Source: an uncultured Methanomassiliicoccales archaeon (GTDB lineage Archaea; Thermoplasmatota; Thermoplasmata; Methanomassiliicoccales; UBA472). From it: a stretch of DNA of 64,000 nt. Position numbers and translations under genes: made by a program. The stretch lies in NCBI GenBank assembly GCA_963710685.1, contig CAVQBH010000009.1, forward strand, positions 555,818-619,817, given 5' to 3'. Positions 40,595 to 50,665 of this stretch are shown piece by piece (the first letter of the stretch is position 1; each line of letters begins with the position of its first letter). The notes under the pieces are model-generated. The model was given only the letters and a program-made list of their open reading frames with translations, was not told the DNA's origin and ran no database searches.

Positions 40595-41512
40595 ATGGCC
40601 ACTGACAAGAACCTGGACATAATGGACCTTAAGCAGCTCAGGAACGAGAAGAGCGACCTCACCAAGACCATGCTGGCGGTCGGCATCGTCATCGGCGTGA
40701 TATTCCTGATCATCGGCTTTCTGGACGCCATCGGTGGCCTGGAGACGCCCCTTAACTGGATAGACTATGTGGCACTGGCCCTGATGGGCTTCTCCGGGCC
40801 ATACGGTTTCTACAGCACTTACAGGCACAAAAAGGTCTGCAACATCGAGGCCCGTCTTCCCGACTTCCTTCGGGACGTCGCCGAGGCCGGGCGTTTCGGC
40901 ATGACCCTGGCTGAAGCGATCAAAGTATCGTCCCGGGGCCGGTACGGGCCGCTGACGCCGGAGATCCAGCGCATGGCGGCGCAGATCGAATGGGGAGTGC
41001 CCGCGGCGGAAGCGCTGAAACTCTTCGCTGAACGCGTCAACACCCCTCTGGTCAACCGGATGATCTCGATCATCATCAAGGCCAACGACGCCGGCGGGAG
41101 CGTTGCCGACGTCCTCACCATGGTGGCGCACGACGCCCGGGAAAGCATGCTGGACCAGAGCGAGCGGAGCCTGGAGATGTCGACCTACACCGTCGTCATA
41201 TATGTGGCGTTCGCGGTGTTCCTGGCCACCATCTTCATTCTGAACGCCACCTTCCTCCCGAAGATGGCGGAGGCGGGCGCGCAGGTGTCCGCAGGGGCGG
41301 CAGCGGCGGGCATCACCAACATGCCAGCCACCATCAAGACCGCGGTCATCCCGCAGATCCAGTTGATCTTCGTCATTTCGGTGGTCATCCACGCCTTCGG
41401 GGATGGCATCCTTGCTGGAGTGTTGCAGGACGGCCGCATCGCCAACGGACTGAGGCATTCGTTCATCATGCTGCTGCTGGGCCTCATCGGCATCAAGCTG
41501 GGAGGCACCTGA
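40595..41512 (+). CDS. type II secretion system F (FlaJ/TadC-like) platform protein, single-domain, part 2
   Basis: One T2SSF-like domain (LPDFLRDVAEAGRFGMTLAEAIK...AGGSVADVL) plus TM helices. In the same frame as the previous gene, separated by one TGA and three codons. Confidence 0.8.
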   Translation: MATDKNLDIMDLKQLRNEKSDLTKTMLAVGIVIGVIFLIIGFLDAIGGLETPLNWIDYVALALMGFSGPYGFYSTYRHKKVCNIEARLPDFLRDVAEAGRFGMTLAEAIKVSSRGRYGPLTPEIQRMAAQIEWGVPAAEALKLFAERVNTPLVNRMISIIIKANDAGGSVADVLTMVAHDARESMLDQSERSLEMSTYTVVIYVAFAVFLATIFILNATFLPKMAEAGAQVSAGAAAAGITNMPATIKTAVIPQIQLIFVISVVIHAFGDGILAGVLQDGRIANGLRHSFIMLLLGLIGIKLGGT

Positions 41513-41513
41513 G

Positions 41514-43245
41514 ATGGAAGCTTCGAAAGAGCCGATGGACGAGGTAGAGGAGGTCCTGAAGAGGAATCGTCGAGCCCGAGGGCAAGAAGACCTCCCAGAA
41601 GGGCTTGGGCAGCAGGTACCTGGGGTTCATGCTGAAGATAAGGAACCGGCCCATGAAGGTCATGCTTCCCTCCGAGTCGAAGTTGCCGGAGAATGAGTCG
41701 GGCGTGATCACTGAGGTTCCAAAGATCGCTGAGAACAATGTCGATGAGGTGGAAATAACACCGGTGCTCAAACCGTACTCCTTCGTACGGATCAAGTTCG
41801 ACAATACCTCGTCGGAGTACATCTACGAGGTCATCGAGCCTCACCTATCCGACGACGAGATGTACCTGCTGGACATGCTCAAATCGTCGCTTATCCTGAC
41901 CCTCAACCTGACCATCAAGAAGAACGGAAAGGAAAAGATGGACATCCTGCGGAAGGCCACCGATGAGCTCCTCAAGGTCTTCGCCGTCAATCCGAACGCG
42001 CTTTCCAAGGAGCGCATCCTCTACTATCTGCGCCGCGACTTCATCGGCTACGGAGCGATCGACGTCATGATGCTTGACGCGAACGTGGAGGATTGTTCCT
42101 GCGACGGGGTCAACATCCCGCTCTACATATTCCACCGCAAGTACGGTTCCATCAGGTCCAACGTCAAGTTCGAGAAGGAGGTGGAGCTAGATTCGTTCGT
42201 GGTATGGCTGGCCCAGAAATGTGGAAAGCACATCTCAGTGGCCAACCCAATGCTGGACGCGACCATCCCGGACGGCTCCAGGCTGAACGCCACCCTGGGA
42301 ATGCACGTCACCAAGAGAGGCTCATCGTTCACCATAAGACGGTTCAAGGAGAACCCGTTCACGCCCATCGACCTGCTCAAGTTCAAGACCATGAGCACCG
42401 AGATGATGGCCTACCTGTGGATATCCACGGAGTTCGGCTCGTCCATGCTGGTGTGCGGCGGTACCGCCTCCGGAAAGACGACCACTCTGAACGCAGTCTT
42501 GCTGTTCATCCCGCCCCAGAAGAAGATCATCAGCATAGAGGACACCAGGGAGCTCAACCTGCCCCACGAGAACTGGATCCCCGGCCTGACCAGGGAGGGT
42601 TTCGGCGGCAAGAAGGCGAACAGCACCGGTTCCGTCGATATGTTCGACCTGCTGACCGCGGCGCTGAGGCAACGCCCCGACTACCTGATGGTCGGTGAGG
42701 TCCGTGGCAAGGAGGCGTATGTCGTCTTCCAGGCCATGGCCACTGGTAAGACATCCTACTCCACGTTCCATGCTGAGGATGTCCAGTCGATGGTGCACAG
42801 GATGGAGAACGACCCGATCAACCTGCCCCGGGCGCTGATGACCGCCTTGGACATCGTCATGCTGCAGGCCCAGGTCAAGGTCGGCACCAAGATGACCAGG
42901 AGGGTCAAGTCGCTGACCGAGATCGTCGGCATGGACGCGGAGACGGGCGAGCTGATCACCAATGCGGTATTCAGCTGGAACCCGGCCGATGACACCTTCA
43001 ACTATTCCGGTCATTCGTACATCTTCGAAAAGGTCAGGACCATCAAGTCCTGGTCGCCTCGGGAGATGGAGCGAGAGGTGAAACGCCGCGTCGAGATACT
43101 GGAGTACATGAAGAAGACCGGTGTCGACAACTACAAGCAGGTGGCTAGAATCATCTCCGCCTATTACAAGAGCCCGGAGAGGGCCATCAAGGAGATCCGG
43201 GAGAAGATGACCGTGGCACAGCTGGCACCTCCCCCGGTGAACTGA
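41514..43245 (+). CDS. FlaI/ArlI-type type IV pilus assembly ATPase, paralog 2 (5' end frame-interrupted as assembled)
   Basis: Walker A CGGTASGKTTTLN, Walker B DYLMVGEVRG. The N-terminus reconstructs as MEASKEPMDEVEEVLKRN...|...GKKTSQKGLGSRYLGFMLKIRN, which parallels paralog 1 (MTKEADPM...KEGYIRFLKRV). The frame change is near 41565-41580. Confidence 0.85.
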
Positions 43246-43669
43246 GGGTGCGAGTCGCCTTTTCTCATTCGTTCTCATCGAGGTATGGCAAATTGGGTCT
43301 TCACTGGAGTAGCGGGACATCGCGCATCAGGCAACGCCTGAAGGTCCCCGCTCCGGTTAAATGGACTGATCATCGCTGTGGGCCGATGGACAGACCAGCT
43401 TCTGAAGCCTTGTCAAAGCCGCCGTGAACGTCCAGAACTTCGGGTAAAACATTCATCAGTGGCCAGGGAATCGCCCAGCACATCTCTGTGGCCGGGGCGG
43501 CCATTTCTATGCCGGTCATGAATGATTCCGAATCGAATGACGCTCCCTCGATGAGACAGGTGCCCCATAGAATACCCTCGCCCGGGCCACCGCTGCCACT
43601 GTCCGAAGGGTCCGAAAAAATGGGTAAGGCGTTTGGAAGAGGTTTCCGGCGGGTCCCGGCTCACTTCTT

Positions 43670-46600
43670 ATCTTCTTTGGCCGTCTCCGATGGCTCGGTC
43701 TGTTCGGGGCTGTCCTTGACGACCTTCTTCGGGACCATCTTGCGCTCGGACGAGCGCTTGACGATCTTGCGGAAGGGCTTGGCCTGTATCCACGGCCTCT
43801 CCGGCCTGGGGAACCTCGGGGGCCTTTTCGAACACGGTGCCGCACTTGGAGCAGATGGCGGCCCCCTTCGGGTTGAGGGTGCCGCATGCCGGGCAGGGCA
43901 TGGAGCCGGCCTTGCGGTCCTCCTCCTGCTTGGCCACCCAGGCCTCGAAGGTCAGGTATGCCGGCTCGGTCTTGAGCCAGTCCATGAACTTGTCCTCCGA
44001 GTACTTCTTGCCCAGGGCGGCCTTGGCCTGCTCCCGGAACCCGTTGACATACTCCTCGTACTGGCCTCCTCATCGACGTCATATAGTCGTCCTCGGAAAC
44101 CACCTCCATCGGCTCGGTCATGAACTTCGCGCCGCACTCCGGGCATTCCTTCGACCTCGCCGGTATCCAGGTACCACACTCGGAACACTTGGCCGTCTCC
44201 GTCTCGAACTCGGTGCCGCACCGGGGGCAGCGTTTGGAGCTCTCCGGGATCAGGGCGCCGCATTCACCGCACTCCACCATCTTGCTCAACCCGTGCTTGT
44301 ACAGGTAGACGGAGAAGACCAGGATGATGGCCAGGACGATGACCGCTATGAGGATGAATATCCAGAATGGCACCGACTGGGGCTTGAATATCTCCACGAT
44401 GTTGATCGGGATGAGCAGCGCTGTAGGTCGGGCCGGAGTTCAGCGTCACGCTGACCGAGTGTGAACCGGACCGGTCCGTCGGTATGAAGAGGTAACCGCG
44501 TGTAGGCGCCAGTGCTGTCGGTCTTGGTCGTCATCGCCTGCCCCACCGGCAGACCCGCGGCGTCCAAAAGCCTGATCGTTATCGATTGGTTGGCCAGGGG
44601 GTAGCTGCCGTCGACGTTGGTGATCATTCCGGTGACCAGTATCGAATCTCCCGGCTGGAAGTCGGTCTTCGACCCCACGTTGATGACGATCAGTGGGTTC
44701 GGCGCGTTGATGGTGAAGTACCTGGCTGTCGATGTCGTTGGTGTAGTTCGATTCGTCGATCGCTTGCCGGGAATTCATCTCCACCACGAGAGTCATAGAC
44801 CCCGGAGGTGACGTTCACCACCCACGGGAAAGTTATCTCGGTCGATGCTCCGCCGGCCAGGTCCTTGGTCATGTTCGTCAGGTATTCAGTGCCGTTGTCG
44901 TTCTTTGACATAGATGCTTACGACGACGCCGTCCGCCGGCTTCAGGCCTTCATTCGCAATGGTGAACGTGATGTCGATCGTCTGCCCCTGAACCGCTTCG
45001 GAGGTTGTGCTCGCCACTCCGGACGGTGCCACGGAAACACCGCCCAGGAACTGCAGGTCGGCCCGGTTGTCGACCACCAGGAGTGAACTGGAGACCACGT
45101 TGTTCTTGTAGTTCATCTCCGTGATCGGGGTGTCATTACCATGGGTGAACGGGTTCACCTCGACCGTTATCAAGCGGCTTTGGTTGTTTCCCGATCCCTG
45201 CAAGGTGCTGGCGATCCATGGGAGCTGGATCTCGGCGGTCGCCCCGGAGGCGATGCTCGGTACCATCACATCACCGATCTTCGTACCGGTGCTGGTCGAT
45301 CCGAGCCAGAAGCGCACCATGAAGTCCGTGGCCACGGACTCACCGGTGTTCATAACGGTGGCGGTCAGGATCGACCGAATCGCCTATGAACACCTGTGTC
45401 ACCAGGGAATCGGACAACTTGAACTGCAGGCTCGTCGCCACCAGATCTGGATAGCCCAGTACATTACCATAAGGCTGGCCAGGTTGTTGTCCTTGGAAGA
45501 TTCCAGGAGCAGGTTCTTCTCATCGATCACGACCGTTATGTTGTGGTCCCCGGGAAGCATGTGCTGCCATGTCGCCAAGGCCACGCCGGTCTGACCGCTC
45601 CGGATCGCAGGCAGGGTGAAGTTCCCGATGAGGGCCTTCACACCCTGGAACGTATCATAGAAGCTGATCACGACCGACTGGTCCATGTTGTCGCCGCTGT
45701 TCGTGATATCGGCCCGGATCGATAACGGTGGAATTGGTCACCGGTGTCGCCGGATTAACCACTATTTCGTTGGTGAAGATGCTCAGGTCAGGGACTCCCT
45801 CGACCGAAATGGTCGTCTGGTTCCAGTTGTCGGCGCGGCTAATCTGCGGTATGGCCATGAACGGGTCCACGGTCACGTTCAGTGTGTGAGCGCCCACTGG
45901 ATAGGTCGCTGCCCAGGGAACGGTAATGTTCGAGTGTGCACCGGGCGCGATCGACTGGATAGTGCTGTCAGCGATTATCGAGTCCGTCGTCAGGTCCTTG
46001 AAGCGGACCAGCACATTGTAGGCGGTCACGACCCCGATGTTCGTTACGTTGGCGGTCAGGTTCAACGATTGACGCCCCGAGCCGGTGTGTATGTGGACGC
46101 CCAGAAGGGCGGGTCCAGCTCCGGCAGCGCTCCCAGCACGTTCACGCTGGTCACGATGTCGCTTCTGGCTATTTGGGTCCCATTGTTGATCAATGGGTCT
46201 GGAGCGACCTGCGTGTAGACGCCGAGTATGCCCCCGCTGCTCTGATAGGCATGGCCGTTGAACCAGTAGGTGGCGTTTACCCGATAGTTGTCGAAATGGG
46301 GTGCGCCGGTTGAACTGATCGTGTCCGAAAGCAGTTTGATCGTGGCAGTTCCCATCCGCCCCGGTCTTGGCGGTGGCGTATTTCGCCCCGACCGACCGGT
46401 CGACCTCGACATAGGCGTTGGGTATGCCGTGCACCAATGTTCCATCCATCACGGATACCGTCAGCCAGCGGTAGCTCCAGGCCCTGGCCTGGTCTTGCAG
46501 CACGATCGACGGTATCGACACGGATGTCAATACTGCGGTCGCTTGCCCGCCGAAATTGGCCACGTTGGATTGGAAGGTGACGTTGGTGGCGGTCAGGTTC

Positions 46601-47733
46601 CCGAATGAAGACGAGGGAGCGGTGAAGTTCGCGGCCACGACACTGTCATTTGCCAGGACCACCTTGGAATGGCCGTCGATGATGACCTTTATCGATCCGG
46701 GCAGAACCGATCCGTCGCGGGCCGAAAGAACGGCGTTGTCGGTCAGGAAGATCTGCATCGAATTGGTCGAGGTTATCGCCCCTGAGTCCATCACGATCGA
46801 CCCGTTGCCAGACACAGTTATCTTGAACTGGTTTGGAAGGTCGTTCAGTATCTTCAGCGTGCCGTTGGTGATGATCAATTTGGCGTTGTCCTTGATCAGG
46901 ATGTCTCCCTTGACCTGGTACAGTCCACTTCCGCTGATGGGGAGGACGTTAGTTCCGGAAAGGATCACCGATCCGTAGGCAACTGCCAAGGTCGGGAATA
47001 CGACCGTCCTGACGTCGACGTTCTGGACCATGTTGGGGAAATGGGCAAGGTTGGTCGATATTCCACCGTTACTGTCATCCAGTACATACAATCCGTTCGC
47101 ATTCCGGTAACTGAAGGCGAGATTGTAGTCGAAAGCCTTGCCGTTCCTCAGGTTCGAGCTGTTCAGCACATCGCTGAGCAGCGGTATCTTGACCATCCCG
47201 TTAGTCGCTGTCCGGTTGTAATTGGATGCGGTCTTGCCGAGGTAGGTAAGGATTGCCTGCGGAGGGGTTGCTACTGGTCCGGTCTGGCCCAGGTAGAATG
47301 CGGCTGCGCCCGTACCGAGATTGGTGGGCGTCACGCCGACGTTTCCGACCGGCACGTTCTGACTGTCGGTCACATCCAATGAGGACCAGCGGTAAAGGGC
47401 CACTTCTGGTTGCGTTTGTATATTGAGTGACAATCGATCAAAGTGAATCGTTGCCCCTCCAATATTGGTGAAAGACAATGTTAAAGTCTTCAGTTTGCTT
47501 ATTGTATTAACGCCGTTAGCATACAAATCAAAAGACCCACTTTGTGTCTGACCAAGATTCTGAGAAGGTCTCAAGTTTGTATTCTTCAATGGTGAACCAT
47601 CAACTGAGTATTGAAGATAGTTCGTTGTTGAATATCCGCGTTTCTGTATAGTAAACAAATGAACTGTAAGACTACTGATTGAGCCTGTCAAATCTCCGAG
47701 ATTATAGCTCACAATATTCATTGTTTTGTCCAT
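43670..47733 (-). CDS. large surface adhesin-like protein: CARDB repeats + Ig-like domain + TM helix + cytoplasmic zinc ribbons (about ten frame changes as assembled)
   Basis: CARDB-type blocks (LNLTANVTNIGVVTAYNVLVRF...GAHTLNVTVDPF...NWNQ; GDHNITVVIDEKN...DNN). ITIRLLDAAGLPVGQAMTTKTDSTGAY. TM helix FWIFILIAVIVLAIILVFSVYLY. Then CGECG..CPRCG, CSECG..CPECG and CPACG..CSKCG. Lys-rich tail ...TAKEDKK with a reconstructed stop at 43670. Confidence 0.65.
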
Positions 47734-47780
47734 TCAGCAACGTTATAGACCAACGCGTCACCTTGAGCATACAAGTCCAT

Positions 47781-49269
47781 TCAACATTCTGTCCAGTCGC
47801 GTCGCTTGTCGCATCGGCTGGTAATCACTTTGGCCAGATTCTTGGTCTTGAACACGTTGGTGCCGGAATAACCACCGGTGCTGTTGTTAACGGTCAGACC
47901 ATAGAGATTGGCGACCGATTGATCAAGTGCTACCAATTTGTGGTAAGCGCCCTTTGCCGCATTCAACCCGTTGTTCTCATTGATGTTGTTCAGCGGGATG
48001 TACGAGTCGGCAGCCACAAAGTTCGTCGATCCGCCGATGGTGATGTTGCGGTATGTCGGCAGCCTCATGTCGATCGTGACCCAGATCCTGTCGATGTAAA
48101 CGTTTCCAGACCTCGAGTTGGTGTAGTTCAGTACCAGTTTGCCCAGGCTCTGGGCCGACATCTTCGGCAGAGGGAAACTCATCGTCGTGTTCACGTTCGT
48201 GCCCGAGGGGGAGCTGGGATCATAGGTGGGGTCAGTCGTCAAGGTGGTGACATTTGTCGTTCCGAACTGCTGGGTGTAGTAGAACGCGTCATTCGTCCCT
48301 GCGATCGCCATGGTGGTGCTGGTCTTGTAACTTACATGCAGAATGATGCTCGATATGTCAGCCGCTTCGAAGACCAGTCCGCCCATGTCGAAACCGGTCG
48401 TGTAGAGCTTCTGGTTCGGAGCAACGGTCACGTTCTTGGTGTCGTTCATGGTCATTGACAGTGCCTTTTGACCGCCGTATCACCGTGCTCAGCGGGCCGA
48501 ACGCGGCGTTCACGTCCCTCTCCAGGTAATAATCAACGTACTGCCGGGCCCGGGTGTCCGAGGCGAACTGGTAGTTGTTGCTGTAGGGAGCGGTCGGCGC
48601 CGCAATGGAGTTGTAGGTGCCATTGTCGTACATGTTGAGGACCCTGGAGCCGATCATCGTCACATCACTGGACATGAAGAGCATGACCGGTGAGCTGCTG
48701 AACGCCAGGGTCGGGAAATAGGTCGAATTGAACACGGTGGTCAATCCGGACACCGTGGAATCGATCAATGAGAATTTTGCGTCATCGACCAGGATGTGTC
48801 CCGAGAACGATATGTTCGACGTTCTTGACTCGAGGTAGCCGCCGTGCCTGACCACAACCCCAAGTGCTGGGATGAGGTTGCCTCCTAGAACGTCGACGGT
48901 CAGTGTCGAGTTGTCAAGGATCAGTATGCCGCCATCTTCAACGGTCAACGTCAGTGCCTTTACGCCGGTGCCTATCGGGACATTACCGGTATAGGTAGAA
49001 CGGAAGACCAGGGTCGAGTTCACTATCTGGACCACTCCGCCGGCCCTGATTGTCAGGTTTCCATCGAACGGGAATGAACCCTGGTTCTGAACCGTCAGGT
49101 TTTTGGAATAGCCAGTACCTATGATCGTGTCTCCGTACGGGATCTCTCCCTGGGCAGATACCCCCACCGGGGGGACCGCTATCAGCAATACCCCCAGGAA
49201 AGATGATATTACCATGCACCAAACGATTGCGAAGCTAACAAGCTTGTTGAATCCAGCACCCAGCCTCAT
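47781..49269 (-). CDS. secreted beta-helix-like adhesin module (may be the N-terminal part of, or a partner to, the downstream CARDB protein; one frame change)
   Basis: Signal/anchor VSFAIVWCMVISSFLGVLLIAVPPVGVSAQG. Repeated NSTL/DSTV/SSDVT turns typical of right-handed beta-helices. Pieces 48358..49269 and 47781..48455 join at about 48470 (...AFGPLSTV|YGGQKALSMTMNDTK...). Confidence 0.6.
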
Positions 49270-49363
49270 TATAACACCCGATAAATGACCATTTTGATAT
49301 TTTGGAAAATAACGTTTGACTCTATAAATAGATGGGTACTTCTATCACACTTAGAAATTAAGA

Positions 49364-49383
49364 ATATGCTGTTTCCAGCATAT
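49364..49383. repeat. perfect 8-bp inverted repeat in the AT-rich adhesin upstream region
   Basis: ATATGCTG-tttc-CAGCATAT read directly. Lies between the stop of the coiled-coil gene (49460) and the adhesin start (49269). Confidence 0.6.
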
Positions 49384-49459
49384 CGCCAACAAATGGAAAA
49401 ATAATTACCAAAATGCAAAAAATAGGAGCATAAAAATAAGGATAGGGAGGGGGCCGCCC

Positions 49460-50639
49460 TCACTTCCTCTTGATTATCTTTCTTATCGAAACGGAACGCT
49501 TTACTTCCGATTTCTTCTCCTCTTCCGGCTCCTTGGGCTTCTCTTCCTCGGCCGACGCTTCCTCCACGTGCTTCTCTTCTTCGACCGTTTCCTCCTTCGG
49601 TCTCGGCTCGGGCTCTTCCTTCTTCGGTTCGGTACGGCGGGAGTCCTTCTTCTTCGGGGCCTCGATCATCTTGCCGTCCTTGAGCTTCGCATCGCAGGCC
49701 CAGCAGCGCTCTGACTTGGAATCGATGATGGTGCCGCAGTTGGGGCACTCGAACTCCTCCTTCTTCTCTTCGGCCGGTTCTTCCTCTGCGATCTCCTCTT
49801 CCTCGGCCGGCTCCTCTTCCTCCTCTTCGGGTTCATCCATGGGTGCCGGTATCGAGTTCATCTGGGGGGCATCATCCTCGACGCTGGCCTCCATCTTGGC
49901 CGCGTTGTCCTCTTCCATGATCTCCTCAGGCTTGGTCGCCTCGAAGACCGGTTCCGGGACGTGGGGCTTGACCGGGGCCCGGGCGTGGCGCCCTTCCACT
50001 CGCCTCCCTCTGGGTGAGGGCCTTTTCCCTCTCCGCCAGGGTGCGCTCCCATTCCACGAAGCGCTTCTGTTCCTCCAGCACGATCTTCTTGCTGTTGGCC
50101 AGCAGATCGTTCTGCTCCTCCACGACCTTGATCTTGGCCAGGAGGTCCTCCCTCTTGGCGCTGAGGGACTCGACCATCTTCTTCAGGTCCGACTCCTCGG
50201 CGAGCATGCGCTCCTCCATCTTGGTGATGCGTTCCCCGGAATCGCGGAGACGCTTCTCGTAGGCGGTGGTGAGCTCGGTCAGGCGGAGCAGTTCGGACTC
50301 CTGCCGGGCGATCTCCCCCTGGCGCTTGTCCAGGTTCTCGCGGCCCGCCTGGATGTCGTCCTCCCTGGCCTGCAGGTCGGCCTGCATGCCGGGACAGCTC
50401 CTCCTGGAACTTGTTGGCTCGGTTCTCCCTCGGGGCCAGGTCGCCCTCGCGCTTCTTGATCTCGTTCTCCTTCTGCCAAGATTGCTCTCCTTCTCGGCCA
50501 GGTCGCGCTGGTCCGAGCGCAGCCTGGGCTCCATCGAGTCCAGGTCCTCGCGGCGCTTCTTTATGTCGGTCTCTTGGCTCTTGATCTTGTCCTTGAACTC
50601 TTCAATGACTTGCCAAATCGGTACTGAATCATCTGCCAT
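49460..50639 (-). CDS. coiled-coil protein with acidic tract and C-terminal zinc ribbon (frame-interrupted as assembled)
   Basis: Heptad-rich E/K/R/L sequence (…ERITKMEERMLAEESDLKKMVESLSAKREDLLAKIKVVEEQ…). EEEEEE tract. FECPNCGTIIDSKSERCWACDAKL. Basic tail. At least three frame changes (about 50480-50400 and about 49990). Confidence 0.6.
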
Positions 50640-50665
50640 TGGTATCTTCCCTCAAGCTGTCAACT

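Noticed and set aside
43246-43669. The 424-nt convergent spacer between ATPase-2 and the adhesin 3' end, considered as a hidden small gene (e.g. minor pilin) or ncRNA. ORFs 43413-43664 and 43488-44123 lie here.
   Set aside because: The ORFs have no hydrophobic pilin-type N-terminus or other motif, and partly overlap the adhesin tail out of frame. I could not fold a tRNA-like or other recognisable RNA by eye. Left unannotated.
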